Shown piece after piece: positions 13,421-27,839 of a stretch of DNA of 64,000 nucleotides (position 1 is the stretch's first letter; every line of letters begins with the position of its first letter). The notes beneath the pieces were generated by a model. It was given only the letters and a program-made list of their open reading frames with translations. It was not told where the DNA came from and did not search any database. The stretch covers positions 97,030,001-97,094,000 of the forward strand of contig OX597818.1 of NCBI GenBank assembly GCA_951406725.2, in the 5' to 3' direction. The translations under genes and the position numbers were made by a program. The DNA is from Octopus vulgaris. Taxonomy: Eukaryota.

Positions 13421-13576
<156 letters not shown>

Positions 13577-14643
13577 TAAACTACCTTTCAAAAATGAACT
13601 TAAAAAGCAGAATAAAGGTCCTCAGTATGATTTTTAGCTGTATTTCCTTATTTAACATTTATGTGTAACTTTCACATTTTCTTTTAGTTATATGATCTAT
13701 AATAAATCTTTTGTAGTGTGTGCATCAGATAAATATTTAGTTACTAGATCAACTTCCTCCTTGTCTCCTGCTTCTAAAAGCCAACTGAGTGCTCAGGTTA
13801 TCTGTAATAAACTATACATTTTCAGAGGTGTAGTTTACAATAATCACACTGCCTTAACGGGACTATAATTGACTGATTACCACAAAAATCTGCACTTGGT
13901 ACTTTCTATAAAGTGAGTGGTTATTAAGAAGTGAGGAGACTATACCAAAGCAGGCATTAAAGCATGCATCCTTCAGCTCAGATTCTCTCAAATCATCCAA
14001 TTTATGCCAGCTTGGAAAAGAAATGTTAATTGATGATGCTAGTGTGCATGTATTCTGTCTAGAATTCAGAATTGAATGTAGAATAAATCTGAATATTTAA
14101 AATTAGAGACAAAAGGTGCGAATCAAGCAATGGTAGCATTGACATAATTTTTATATCCATGAAAGATATAACAAAGAATAAGCCTAAATGTACGATTGTA
14201 ATAGGTCTATACTCCAACAAATCAATCAGAAGTTTTATGTATGTTTGTATGTAAATGTCATGGTTTAGCCCTGATCAAATAAATTTATAAGGTGCATTCC
14301 AGATGTCTTTGTTTTCCCCCTCAAGATAGTGTAATTTGAGAGAGATTTTGTTATTTATAACAAGTCATGCAATTATGGAAGCCTTCTCATTGACTCCTAT
14401 CATGTTGAAGGAAGGAATTGGTGTTTAAGCCAGTCTAAAGAAATGACTCCCTCTCTGTACTATTGATAAGAAAGGATTTCAGAAGTCAAAAAAGACCTAA
14501 TCTAGTTTGTTTTTTTAAATTTTTTAATCTATTTAACTATTAAAATATTTGCAAAAACTTTACTATGTAAAAATGAAGCAGTCAGATGACATGATTATAC
14601 TTGTGTAACATCATTATCACCTTTTAAAATTTAATTTTTCCAG

Positions 14644-14704
14644 GGGGTAGATTTCTATGATGAAAGATTGAACACTCTTTATATGAACTGGCTAAATGAC
14701 TATG
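14644..14704 (+). CDS. PPP2R1A: PP2A subunit A coding exon
   Basis: ttccAG|GGGGTA...TATG|GTaagt; GVDFYDERLNTLYMNWLNDY; 61 nt, phases fit neighbours. Confidence 0.95.
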
Positions 14705-15156
14705 GTAAGTAGTTTGAAAGATATCATTTATACATAATATATTATCAAAAGGTTCTGCAATTAGACTGCAGAAAGCCATTTGGGTTTTGATACATCTCAT
14801 AATAAATTAGTTTTAATGCTTGTTCTTTGATAGGCCAACTGATTGATAATTAAAATATGTAATTATTTTCCTCCTTTCCCTTAATTCCTTCACAGAATTA
14901 AGATCTGTTTTATTTCGTTATAGCCAAATAAAGTTTTAGTTGGCATTGCTAATAAATTTAGCATCCAGAAGATTTTTTAAATTTCTTGGCTTTACTCAAA
15001 TCACTTTATCTTTGTAAATATGGTTATGATCCCACTCCATAATGGGTAGCATTTTATACTGGCTAGCAGACCACATCACTATTGCATTGTGTTCTCAGTT
15101 CACAATTTTCAGAATTGGCTTTCTAACTTCTAATTGTAATATTTTTTTTTTTCTAG

Positions 15157-15311
15157 TGTATGCCATTCGTGAAGCTGCTACTTTGAACCTGAAGAAACTT
15201 GTTGAGAAGTTTGGTGTGGAATGGGCCCAAAAGACTGTGATTCCTAGAGTGCTCTGTATGTCACGTGATACCAACTATCTACACAGAATGACTTGTCTTT
15301 TTTGTATCAAT
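15157..15311 (+). CDS. PPP2R1A: PP2A subunit A coding exon
   Basis: ttctAG|TGTAT...ATCAAT|GTaagt; [52 protein letters not shown]. Confidence 0.97.
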
Positions 15312-16239
15312 GTAAGTTTGTAACTTGCTGAGAAGAAACTCAATTTAAACAATATTTGTGTTAAGTTCTATCTTGTAATCTGATGTTTTTAGGTATATGG
15401 ATAAAACTCAAACTGTGCTTCCTAACTTACATTTAGTATAAGATTCCATGCACTGTATTCTCTTAGGCAATGACAAATCAAGAAGCAAATAATTCTTACA
15501 TGAGGTGTAATTATTTGATATACAAATGACAAGGACATGATTTTATATATGTGCACATAGAATTTTAGAAAGTGAATGCAAAGTGTGTTTGGAAATCCTT
15601 ACACCTTAATTTAAGATTAAGACTCACAGAAGGTGACAGTCTGCATTTTCAAATAAATATGATCGCAATACCATTAGGTTAGATCTAGATAGGTTCAGTG
15701 GCGATATGAATGCAAACAATTTAAGCAAGATAGTTTTTGTTAGCTGAAAATCTCAGCAGTATATTTTTCATTGTTCCACTTACTTGAGTATAACTTGAAT
15801 ATAAAGCATTAATCACAACTCAGTTTTTTTATTGGTGGCAACATTGAATTCTTGTGTGCCTATTAGTGGCTTACTAAGAAGCATAAAGTTACTATAAATA
15901 TTTGGCATCCGTGTTTGTCTCCAGGAATCTAAGGATCTATTATAATTTGATATATCTAAATTTAATTTTATTTAGAACTTCTGTGCAAGTTATATTCTGT
16001 TCCTATACTGAAATTAGCTTGATAGCTCTAGCATAATTAACATTTCCTCCTCTGCATAAAGCAGCTTATTCTTCAAAATATGGAAGAAATTCCCTTTCAT
16101 TAATGACCCTTTAATTTTTTTTTTCTATGTAGGATGTTGCATGGTTAGTCTTTCAAACATCTTTTAGCAGCTGAATACTTTAATGCTGGGAAAGAATTGT
16201 TGATAATTTTTTTTTTTTGTTTTTTTTTTTTTCCCTTAG

Positions 16240-16382
16240 TTGCTGGCTGATGCTTGTGGTACTGATGCCACAACGAAGTTGATGTTGCCAACCATTTTGA
16301 GTATGGCATCTGACCCTGTGGCAAATGTTAGGTTCAATGTTGCAAAGACAATGCAAAAGTTAGGCCCTATGTTTGACCAGAA
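16240..16382 (+). CDS. PPP2R1A: PP2A subunit A coding exon
   Basis: ccttAG|TTGCTG...CAGAA|GTaagt; [47 protein letters not shown]. Confidence 0.97.
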
Positions 16383-17078
16383 GTAAGTTTTTTTTTTTCT
16401 CAAATTTTTTCATATCCTTTAAATATGTGGCTTTTTATTGAAGGTGAGCTAATTTGTGTGTGTGTGTGTATTGGGATGGCAACTAGTTGGACTTTTTGAA
16501 CTGTATGAGGTGAGATGGTTTGAATATTAATGTAGCCAAATGATCATTTCAGTTAGTTTTTACAAGTGGAAAGAAGTGACTAACAATCAAATGGAGTTCA
16601 ACTATAAGAAGTTGAGTTTGAACTATTCCTTATTACTAAATTCAAGTCTAAGAAATTAAGAAGTATTACTTTATGATGCTCAGGACCTATATATAGATTG
16701 TCATATATAGTTTGATCTTGCTTTGGGATTGTGTCCACAAACATGATTTGTTACCTCTAAAATTAAAAGTAATCTGAAAGTGTTCAATTAGAATACTGCA
16801 TATTAAACTCCTTGAGTACATGCTCTTGCATGTTTCTCATTCTCAGATCAGGCATCCATTTTAACCCATTTTATTGTCACCAGCAGATGAGCACCTGAAG
16901 ATAAGTTTTTGTATTGATTACTGGTCCAAGTACCTGCAGTTATTTCTAATAGTTTGTGCGCGTATTTCATGATGGTTCTAGTAGTGACAAGTGGTATGAT
17001 TCGGTTGGAGGAATTTGCTACACCTACTATTTCAATTAATTTAGCGGTTTTACTAATTTTCTGCATAATTTTTTTCAG

Positions 17079-17170
17079 TACTATTCAGTCCCAATTAAAG
17101 CCTGTTCTTGAAAGATTGAAATCTGATGATGATGGAGATGTTCGGTACTTTGCATTGGAGGCAATAGAAG
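17079..17170 (+). CDS. PPP2R1A: PP2A subunit A coding exon
   Basis: ttcAG|TACT...GAAG|GTaagt; NTIQSQLKPVLERLKSDDDGDVRYFALEAIE. Confidence 0.96.
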
Positions 17171-17424
17171 GTAAGTCTTGGGATGGAAAAATAAATTTAA
17201 ATATTTGCTGAAATTATGATTAACTAGGTGATCCATTTGGACATGCTTACCCAGTTTTTGAAACCTTAAATTAAAACACATTTTTAAGATTCTTTTTTCT
17301 TGCTGTATTTAATCAGGTGATCTACAAGTGTGGATGGTCATAGGCACACAGATTACTGAAGCAGTAATCAAATCCTGCTTGTGTAAATTTTAGGACTAGA
17401 TAATTGTGATTTCTCTGTCATTAA

Positions 17425-18557
17425 CCCTTTCGTTACTAACTCAGCGGAAAAATTTTTTGGTTCATAATACCAACCCGTCCGAGAGAACCTATTGTTATTT
17501 AAATGTAAATTTGAACCCAAATCTCGTTGGTACATTCATTAAAACATGTGATTTCACTTCATAAATAGTGGGGTTATAGTATCCGACATTGCTTGAAGTG
17601 ATATCTCAACTCAGTGAATTTTGGGAGACTTTTTTCGGCATCGATTTTTTTCTTCAACTTTGAAAATGGATAGGAGTTTCATGTTATCAAGCATTGATTC
17701 CGAATTTAAAGCTTTTTCAATGGAAAATAGGGAGATATCGATAAAAAGAATGAATGAGGTCAAAAGCATGTGGTGTACAATAATTAATAGGAAATTTTAT
17801 TTATCCGTTAACCGAAAGCAGCGATTCCGAAGAAACAAAGCGGCGATGGCAACAGCAAAGACGATTTTACATCGGAATGAAGTAAAAAAAACTTTAAAAA
17901 TGTTTTTATTAGCAATTTTTCTGAAGAGATAGTTTATGCTTGTTTGGAGCGATCACTGTGGAAGCAAACTGTTTCGCAGATTGTAAACAAACACAAAGTT
18001 TTGAAAATTTGTGAAGCAAATACTGGGTACTGTTGTGGATTTAGTTTTCAGCATGGCCTAGGGAACGATGTGGTCTGGAATTTATCACTTCCATACCATA
18101 ACCAGGGCTGTATATTATTTTTTGACCTATTTCTTTAGTTCGGTCAAACTTGTGGTGGATTCCAGTATTTCAGTTTATTCCACCTTTATGGTACACCTGT
18201 TGTGCATTAAATTCAACTGATGATCTAGTGATGTGCACAATTCTTCTTTATCAAAATTTTGTTGCATACCCATTTGAATATTTGCTGATGATTCATTTTC
18301 TATGGTGATGTTTAAACAAAATGTTAATATTTTTACCTTTTGCTCAATTTACCTGTAATTAAAGTCACTTTGAGACAAAAGTTATGCAATAGAATTGATT
18401 AAGAACCCTTTCTTTAATTATGTTCCAAATATCACATTAATATGTTAAGTAAAAAAGTTAGTTATTTAATGAAACAAGCCTAAATTCATGATTATTTTAG
18501 AATTTAATTGAAACTCATGAGGGGTGTATTTTCGTCAGAAATACAGTAACAAAAGGG
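17425..18557 (+). mobile_element. Non-autonomous piggyBac element
   Basis: TTAA at 17421-17424 and 18558-18561; TIR CCCTTTCGTTAC / GTAACAAAAGGG; termini related to 3631-4680 in opposite orientation. Confidence 0.9.
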
Positions 18558-18645
18558 TTAAATAGACATTTAAATCTGGTGTTAAATTGAGTGATGGGAG
18601 TTTCTGTTTTGTACATATTTTCTTTTGTTTCTTTAATTTTTATAG

Positions 18646-18662
18646 CATTGAAGCTCTCTTAA
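18646..18662 (+). CDS. PPP2R1A: PP2A subunit A last coding segment (ALKLS-stop); exon continues to a donor at 18680
   Basis: long pyrimidine tract + tatAG|CATTGAAGCTCTCTTAA; gives a 5-residue tail like human VLSLA; then CAG|GTaagc at 18680/18681. Confidence 0.85.
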
Positions 18663-19529
18663 AGAATTTTCACCATTCAGGTAAGCACATTTCACTTTTG
18701 ATCTCTAGTTAAAAATTATTCAACTATTTGACAAAAATGCCATCAAAGAAGGGTGTTTTTATTTTTTGTTTGTTTTAAACTCTTAAAAACCACAACCTTA
18801 TTAGTAAGCTTATAAGCATTGAACTAATTGAACTGAATTTCGATGGTATTAAATTCAGCAAGTGAAATGAAATAGGGTAAATAAAAAAAAGACAAATTTC
18901 AATGTCTTTTTCTGTACATAGATGAAAAGCTGAAACACTGGCAGTTTTCTTAATTAACAGCTTAAAGATTTGATAGGTTGATTGGCTCATAACGAAAGAT
19001 ATCTTAACAGCAAGTACATAACTAATATATTGGAAATACATGATTACTGACCACAATACAGTTGTGCTAATAAACCAGTTAAGATTTCATTATGCCAATT
19101 CATCTGTGGATTGTTGCTTATAAAATAGCAGTGGATTTCCAAATGGTAACAATTTCAATATTTATTCAGAATCTGATTAAAAGAAAATTGATGTTAGTAT
19201 CAGTTGTTTCATTTAGTAATTTCTTCTTTACTGTTCAATCCAAGCTTTATTTTAGTGAATGGATAAAATGAACCTTCAAGTTGTCTTTATCTGAAATTAG
19301 CATGTAGATTTTACAAATTTGTGTATTTTCACATACAGAAGATTTATCATTTTTGCAGCTGAATCTTATTGCTAAGGAATAGAACTTTTTTTTTCCTGTC
19401 CATTTTCTAAACTAGTTACGTTTTGAATTGATTATGTATCATCAATAGTCCATTATGACAATTAGGTTTTATTTTTCATATTGTAGTCATAGCATTTTGT
19501 TCTCAACTGAGAATATCTTGGCTTCACAT

Positions 19530-19725
19530 TTTGGCATAAGACCAACAGTTTTGGCAGAGGGCATAAGTCGATTACATCGACAAGTATTCAACTGCTATTT
19601 ATTTTGATCCTGAAAAGATGAAAGGCAAAGTCAACCTCAGAATTTGAACTCAGATCATAAAAACTGATGACATGCTAAGCATTTTACTTGGAACAGTAAT
19701 GATTCTGCCAGCTCACTGCCTTAAA
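19530..19725 (-). mobile_element. tRNA-derived SINE (same family as 34432-34665)
   Basis: Reverse complement of GGCAGTGAGCTGGCAGAATC...GAGTTCAAATTC...GACTTTGCCTTTCATC...GATGTAATCGACTTA. Confidence 0.8.
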
Positions 19726-19820
19726 CTTAGAATATATTAGAATACATGTTTTTTAGATTTATCTTCCTACATATTTGGAATTCTTTAATTTTGTTTACAT
19801 TGATATACTTTCTTTTTCAG

Positions 19821-20236
19821 CTCCCCTTTTCCCAACCTGCAAGCCTCTTGACTGAAAGCTTCAACTTTGACATCCAGCAGCGTCCAGTCAGCGTGTACCT
19901 TAGCAGCAGCCACCGCCTCCTGCCAACACCAAATTACTATTACTTCTAACCAATCCTGGTTTTTTTTTTTTTTCCTTTTGTTTTTTTCCCCTCTCTTGCT
20001 GATCACTTCCAGACCATTCTCTAAGGTAGCTGCCTGTGGCAAACCCCTATACAATCTCTTTGACTTTTGTTTCAGTTGGCGTCCACAAGCACTACAATTC
20101 AACTCCTGAGACTTGTATCACTTTCTCTCAAACCATTATTCATTCACTTACCTTTCTACTATCCTTAACTTTTAACACTTACCATTCTATCTATAGATCA
20201 TTAAAAACAAAAACACACACACACAAGCACTCAGAG

Positions 20237-20293
<57 letters not shown>

Positions 20294-21055
20294 CATTCTA
20301 AATTAGATTTTTTTTTCTTAAACGTGAGAGGAGTTAAGGTCCATAACAATTGACATTTATATGAGTGAAAAATTTTTATTTCATTAGATTTCCTTTCCAA
20401 TATTCTATTATAGATAAACATATGAACTACTGTTTGACTCACCCCTCCTCTTTTTTTTTTTTCTATTCCTTTCTTCCCAATAGCTCTTTGCAGTTCCTAT
20501 TTGTTTCCTTCCTCTCCTTCTTGTGTCTTGGTGCAGACAGATTTTAATCAACAGCTGAGGCATTACTAGTATTAAACACCTTGAAATAAACTGAATGTTG
20601 AAAAATTAGCTGATCTAGTAATGCCTATTTTTATTTATTTTTTAAATCTCTCTACAGAATTTTGTTATTTAATTTGTAGAAAAATATAAAGTATTTTTTT
20701 TCCAATTTTTTTGAAGTCTTTTTTTTATTTTTCAATGAAAGCAAATACGCTGAATGAAATAGCTAATATATTGAACATTTTAAAAAATTAATTTAAAAAA
20801 TGTCCTTTTTTTATTTGAGATGTAAAGTAAGATTTAAAACCAATTTGTATATGTGGGGCAGATAACACCCATTGACTTCATCTGCTCTTGTAGCCAGTTA
20901 TTGGACAGTCTATTAAAATAAACTCTCATTCTTCTATATTGGGCTTCACTTGTTTCTCCTCAACTGCCATACAATTTCTATTTTTAGTGTAACAACAAAG
21001 TTGATGTTACGCTAAAAACATTGTTAAATAAAACAAATTTGAATTATTGCTTTTA
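19821..21055 (+). other. PPP2R1A: Probable terminal 3' UTR exon of PP2A subunit A
   Basis: Strong acceptor tttctttttcAG at 19820; non-TE sequence; AATAAA at 20585, 20917 and 21027, the last followed by a T/GT-rich tract; 3' end is a guess. Confidence 0.6.
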
Positions 21056-21070
21056 CAGGTAACTAAATTT

Positions 21071-21125
<55 letters not shown>

Positions 21126-23416
21126 TTTGCCTTTCATGGAGAATATACTCATAAATTATGAAACTCTTCATTTTACTTCCTCCCCAGCTCTGTCTTCCCT
21201 CTCCCCTTGGTTTTTATAGTTGTGTATTCTTCCTGTTACCAATCATTGTATGGTGTTATCTGGGTACGTTTTATGATCAGCACTAGGATTGTCTCTCTCG
21301 TCCACCATCACTCCCAACACAGCGACTGCTCTCCATTTTGTAGGAAAGGGTTTAAAGTTGTAACTTAGTACTGCTAGACATAATGGTTGTCTCTGGATGT
21401 TTTTATTGCCACCTACTTTACCACTGTGTGCATTTTGTCATAGCCCCAGAGGTTGTCTTATTACAAAACAAGTAAGGTAGCTGTTGTGTGAATGAAAAGC
21501 ATCTTTTGTGAAGGAATAATGGCTCTTATTTACAATTTGTTTCAGTTTGTAAATGAGTTAAATGAGAGGGTACAATACATAGAAAACGGGTTTCTGCATG
21601 CCTTGAAATACTGGCAAGATTGTTTTTAGGTTGGCATTTCATCTGATCAGATAAAAAAATTTGAGTCATTGTTTGTATTCTCAATATTGAATGTTGAAGT
21701 GAACTAGTTTAAATTTGAAGAACATGATTGTTATGGTAAGTAAACTCATAGCCATTATTAGGTAAACTTAAATCTTTTGTATATGGCTAGTTTTATTTGA
21801 TTCTAATACTAACTGCTGATTGTATTTAAATTTTTGCTCATGTTAGCATTTGTCCGTTTTTAGTGATTAACTAGTATTATGATATCCAACTAAAGGCACC
21901 CCCATACATTACAGGAGTGTTGCATTCCAGAGAATGTTCAATTTTTTATTGTGTAACCTATTTTCCATTGTGTTCTATATAATATGTAAGTCAGATGGGG
22001 AGGTATGTTTAACATTACAGCAAGATTATTGAAAACATAATGCCTGCACACTTTCTGTTTTTTTTTTAATCCAACAGTTGCTGTAGTAATTCATTTTAAA
22101 AAAAATAGCTATATTAGATGAAATGAACCTAATGGGACAAAATCTCAGCAGCTAGTTCAGGAAAGCCTATGTTAATTCTTCATTGTCCTTATTGTATGTA
22201 GCATGCAGCCTATGTTAAACATCGTGTAACATAAACCTACATCTATGTCACTTACAACAGCTTGGCTCTCTCCTTGAAAATCAGTTCCAAATCTCCTCTC
22301 CAGCATATTATGACCCTATTAGCTTGATTTTACTATCTGGGTGCACTTTACATTTTCTTTCTTGTTGCATCCTAAGCACAAGTTTCAGCTATTTTATTCT
22401 GAATATCTTAATTTCCAAAGAGATTGGTTCAAGCATTGCTGTGTGGTTAAGAAGTTTGCTCTTCACAATCACATGGTTCAGTTACACTGCTGAGCACCTT
22501 GGATAAATGTCTTCTACCTGTAGCCCTGAGCCAAATGAACAATGCCTTATGGGTGGAATTGATTGATGGAAACTGTATTGGAGGCTCGTGTGTGTACATT
22601 CTGTATCTGAATTTTTACATCCTGCAATGTATTAGTATGAAAGTGTTCAAGTGAAAAGTTATGATGTATTTGTAATCTTTGTCACAGTTGCTTTGTGTTT
22701 CTGAAAACAAATAGAATAAAATTCCTTTTCTGGAAAAACAGTTATGTATTAGTGGCAGAAAGGACATCCAGCTGTAAAATAATGTCTCAATGTTAAACAT
22801 CATTGCAACTATGCTAGCTTAGAAAAACGGATGTCAAACAGTTTAATAATTTCTTGGATTGATCTTCATTGAAAATCTTGTTTAACCAAACTCTATCACC
22901 AATTGTCCTTTAGCAGTTATGGAAGACATCAGCCAGCCTTGTCTCATTCTTTACCTATTTGTTCAGTCATTCATGAGCACTGACATTCCAAAGAAATTCT
23001 CTTAATTGTGATCTGTAAATACATTGATGTTTTTAGCTTTATTACATATTGGTCTTCCTAGGAATAAGACAATATTCCACTGCTTCTCTATCAATGGGGT
23101 CTGGTTGATGTAAGCATGGTGAGTCTTTTTTTTTTTTTCCTCTTTCTTCCTTAATGGATATGTGCTTACGGTAACCAGTGATGCACACCAGTGAGAATAT
23201 AATTCAGGCATGATCTATTTAGGCTGAACTGGGAAATGCCTTACTAACACACTTGACATCTTTATTCATAGAATTTGCCACTTAACATTCTTTAGGTGCT
23301 AGTAATGTTACTCCTAAATCTTTACAACTTCCATGATGTTAAAATTGACTCTTTTGAATATATTTATAGTGTTAAAACATAAAATGGTATATTCCATTCA
23401 GTGATGTAGTCTAGAT

Positions 23417-23674
23417 CAGTGCTACTCAAAGTGGTGGCCCACATGCCATCAACTGCCGGTATGCTGTGAGTTTCTAGAAAAGAAAGAGATATAAAATGCT
23501 TTTGTAATATTGTTTTGTCACAAAATAAATATAAGATATAAATTGTCAACTTTTATATTTATTATATATATTGTTTCTGGTATGAATTAATATTATTAAG
23601 AAATATTACTGGTCTCTGGTACATTGGAAAACAAAACTGCCAGTAAACCACATCAGATAGTTTAAGAAGCACTG
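23417..23674. mobile_element. hAT (Charlie-like) MITE
   Basis: TIR CAGTGCTACTCAAA / TTTAAGAAGCACTG; 8-bp TSD GTCTAGAT / GTTTAGAT. Confidence 0.8.
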
Positions 23675-24913
23675 GTTTAGATCTAGTTGATACGTTAACT
23701 TCTTTCTGTTTATCTCTGTCTCAACCTTGTCAATGGCTGCAATGCTCTCTTTGCAGATTATTTAGTATTACCTTTCAGTTATTTGCCAAGTCCCTTTGAA
23801 AGTTTGAAAAACTTTAGGAATGATTTTATCTCAACTTCAGTAGTAAAGGGCTGAGATAATGTTGAAGATGTTATTAGCTTTAATTAAAACTCGGTATTTG
23901 ACAACTAGACTCTTAATTGTTCTAATGGCTACTTAGGCTGCAGATGTTTAAGTGGACATGAATCACTGGCAAATTCAACACCTATTCAGAAATGGGCTCA
24001 CTGTAATTTGAATTTTTTTTTTAACTGTCTTGTAAAATATTGATATGCAATGAGGAGGAAGTTATGTTGACAGATCTAAAAAAGCTTCTTTGTCTCTGTA
24101 TAATGAGCACTTAACTTTTTTTTATTTTTTGTGCGTGCATTCATCCATTAGTTTTGTGCTTACTGTAACAACCATAGTGGTCATGCATTCAGCACTTTCT
24201 CAAATGTATTTTTCAGCTCTCAAAATTTTGTTTTTTGGAATATACAATTTGCTCATATTAAAGACCTTTTTTGTTCTGTTGCTCATAGTTTCTCAGATTA
24301 TAACAAGATAATGCCACTACCAACATCTCTGCTCTGTAGTAATTGAGAATGTTATGTGGAGAATCTGTTGTAATTGTCTGTACCTATCTTTCATGTATTG
24401 TTCGTCTTCATTTGTAGAGGCATAGCACAGCGAGTTTAGTATTTTAAGATACTTTGCCCTTTGAACACAATCTGATATCTTTTTTTTAGGCAGGCATGTA
24501 CATTGTTAGATAACAGCAAATAATAATGGTGATAATAGTTAATTTTGTAGTTAAATAAAAGTGCTTTATACACTATTCAGTTAAAAGTTATACACGTGTT
24601 TTTAATGTAAACAGAATTATATTATACTAAGCAAGGTTTTGTTCTCTTGGCGTTTTTGAGGAAATTTATTACCAGTTGATAAAAGGCCGAGATGTCAAGA
24701 AAAGCCAAATGAAATCTTGGTCTGAATATTATAATCATGTTTACCTTACATTTTAATAAAAATGTGTTAACCTAATCCATTTGGGTTTCTCTATTTAATG
24801 CTAAGTGTCTCTAAAAAAAATGTAATTGTGATAATTTGGCCTAATTTGTCAAACAATTGTGTAAAAATATGTAAACAGAAAATTATATCTAATGTTAGTG
24901 AATTAGACAAAGT

Positions 24914-25140
24914 AAGCACCATCCGATCATGGCCGTTGCCAGCCTCGTCTGGCCTCCGTGCCAGTGGCACATAAAAAGCACCCACTACACTCAACGGAGT
25001 GGTTGGTGTTAGGAAGGGCATCCAGCTGTAGAAACACTGCCAGATCAGACTGGGCCGGTGCAGCCTTCTGGCTTCCCAGACCCCAATTGAACCGTCCAAC
25101 CCATGCTAGCATGGAAAGCAGATGTTAAACGATGATGATG
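24914..25140 (+). mobile_element. RTE 3'-tail repeat with (GAT)n end
   Basis: TAAAAGCACCC..GGTTGGTGTTAGGAAGGGCATCCAGCTGTAGAAAC..CATGCTAGCATGGAAAGCAGATGTTAAACGATGATGATG; many copies in window. Confidence 0.85.
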
Positions 25141-25839
25141 AAAATATACTGTCTACTGCATGTTTTGTATTTATAAAATTTAATTTAGGCAAAATTGCTG
25201 TTATAAATAAATCCTTTTTAACTGGAGGATGGGTAACTTTGTATATATATGCGGCTGTGTGGTTAAATCCACTTAGTAACAATGTGGTTTTGAATTTAGT
25301 CTCACTGCACAGCACTTTAGACAAGTGTCCTCTATGGCCTCAGACCAACAAATACTTTGAGTGAATTTAGTTGATAAAAACAAATCTTTTGTAAAATGAA
25401 ATAAGCATATGTGAGTTGGCTTACACTGTACTTCTCTAAAAAAAATTGTTCAGCTATGGATGATGTTTATTAGCATTTCTTGGTCAATAAATTTGGCAGA
25501 TCTACTATTTAGAAGGCAAGTGGAATAAATTTTTGAAAAACAAATAACGATTAATGACAAGTCCAGCTCCTCAGCTTACCAGCCCTGGTCTATCCGTCCA
25601 ACCCATGCCAGCATGGACAATGGACATTAAATGATGATGATGATGACATCCTGCTGATAACAAAAAATACCAAAACAATGCCTTAACAGTTATTGATCTT
25701 AATTCAGTCTGACAGAAATTGATGCAAAACAAGCAAACAAAATATATTTGGCACAGAAATAACTTCACATTGAATTCATGAGAGGGAGTGATGCCAAAAT
25801 ATTGATTTGTTTTATCTTTATTAAACTCTTAATGTTTTT

Positions 25840-26175
25840 TTTTTCCTGGTTTCAGCCTTTGGACTGCAACCATTCTGGGGCATTACCTCAAAGGAGTTTT
25901 AGTCAGATATTTTTAAGCTTGGTGCTTACTCTATCAGTTCTCTTTTTGCTGAACTACAAAGTTATGGTAGACAAACCAACACCAACTGTCAAGCAGTGGT
26001 GGGCAATATATGCACACGATGGGCTTTCAATTTCCATCAACCAGATTTGCTCATCAGACTTTGGTTGCCCCAAGCCTATAGTAGAAAAACTTGCCCAAGG
26101 TGACATGCAGTTGGACTAAATCCCAGCTAGACCATGTGGTTGAGAAGCAAGACTGACCTTGTCACACAGCCATGA
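25840..26175 (-). mobile_element. tRNA-derived CORE-like SINE, degenerate
   Basis: Similar to 39482-39866. Confidence 0.7.
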
Positions 26176-26439
26176 CATCTTTTTTTTTCCTTCTCCCCTG
26201 TATAAATGAATACTCTACCCTTGAATAAATTTGGTTCCTCCAGTGATTTTAGGACGATTTTTCTCTGAAACTGTTATAAAGTATTGCTTTTACATTATAC
26301 AAAACTACTTCTGTTCAAATCTTCATTTTTGCGTTTAGATTCCTCTTTCGTGGGGGGAAACAACTTTTCAGTATGGATAGTTGGGTTTTTGTTTTCTCCT
26401 GGTTTAGATACTAGCATATGAATCACTGGAACAGACTTA

Positions 26440-26803
26440 AGTATGATTGTGTGATTAAGAAATTTGCTTCCTATCCTCATGGTTTCTGGTTCAGTCCCAG
26501 TGTGTGGCACCTTAGGCAGATATCTTCTATAGTCTCAGGCTAATCAAAGCCTTGTTAGTAGATTTGGTAGATGGTGGGGGGAAAAGAAGCCCATTTTTTA
26601 ATATATATATATATGGCACGTAAAAAGCACCCAATCCACTCACGGAGTGGTTGGCGTTAGGAAGGGCATCCAGCCGTAGAAACTCTGCCAGATTCAGACT
26701 GGAGCCTGGTGCGGCCCCTGGCTTCCCAGACCCGGTCAAACCGTCCAACCCGTGCTAGCGCGGAAAGCGGACGTTAAACGATGATGATGATGATGATGAT
26801 GAT
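26440..26803 (+). mobile_element. CORE-like SINE head (26440-26590) followed by an RTE 3'-tail repeat (26615-26803)
   Basis: GGTTCAGTCCCA..GGCACCTTAGGCAG; then tail consensus ending (GAT)n. Confidence 0.8.
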
Positions 26804-27839
26804 ATATATACACACACACAGGTGTGTGTATACTCGAGTATGCTTGTTTGTTTGTCTTGACCTCACTTGATATTTTAAATGAACAATTTGCAAGTGGTAT
26901 TCTTTTTTTCAATCTTCCATAGAAACCTGTCAAACCATGGGGGGAAAATATCTTGCTTGGAAATAGGACGGGCATCCATCTGTAGAAATCTGCCTCAGCA
27001 AGTTTCATCCAACTATGCCAGTATAGAAAATGAACATTATAATGATTATTTCACTGAACTTTCAATTACAAATCACTCAGCTAGGGACAAACATTGACTA
27101 TTTTCAGTCAGACTGAAATGGTAATCTGCCAACTAAAAGACAATACAATGGCTGTAGCAAACTTTGATTTTTCTGGCTTTAAGTTTAATACCAAACAGGC
27201 TGTATGCTATTTAGAAACAATGAAGCAAGATAGTCAATATTTTCCCCTAAAATTCTGGCCTGATTGTGAATATTGTACATATACAACGTTGAAGTTACTT
27301 CATATATCTGTAGTTTGCTCATCTTTCATATAGTTCTAGTATATTATAATTATTATTGTTATTCATTTATCTATCTATTCTAGTATATTATAATTATTAT
27401 TCATTAATTTATCTATGTACCCACACAGTATCATTTATTCCATGCCATATGTTGTAGTAAACTTAAGAAACCCTATGTTCAATTCTCTCATCTATTTTAT
27501 CACAAAGTTTTGCTTACTCCATGCTGTATGTTATAGTTATAAAGTTAAGAATGCAAATGTTCAATTCTGTTTCACTCTATAGCACTCATAATTATTATTG
27601 CTATTCATTTAGCTATCTATTCAGCAGTATTTTATAGCAAAGTTAAGAAATCCAATTGCTCTATACTGTTTACTCTTTCTCTAAATCTCAAATTCTCTCC
27701 ATTTGTTTTATTTTGTTACATGCCATCTTATCCAAATGGTCCATTGTTTCCTTGACTAACCCTAATTCTCAAAAATTTCACTGCGCTCTCTCTCCCTCTG
27801 TTTTGTTAATCACTTGTTTTCCCATGTTGATGGTTAATT

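Noticed and set aside
16848-16905. Poison exon after ttctcattctcAG (16847)
   Set aside because: Plausible acceptor but no good GT donor nearby
19746-20353. Overlapping ORFs in the PP2A 3' region
   Set aside because: Low-complexity UTR translations with no recognisable protein
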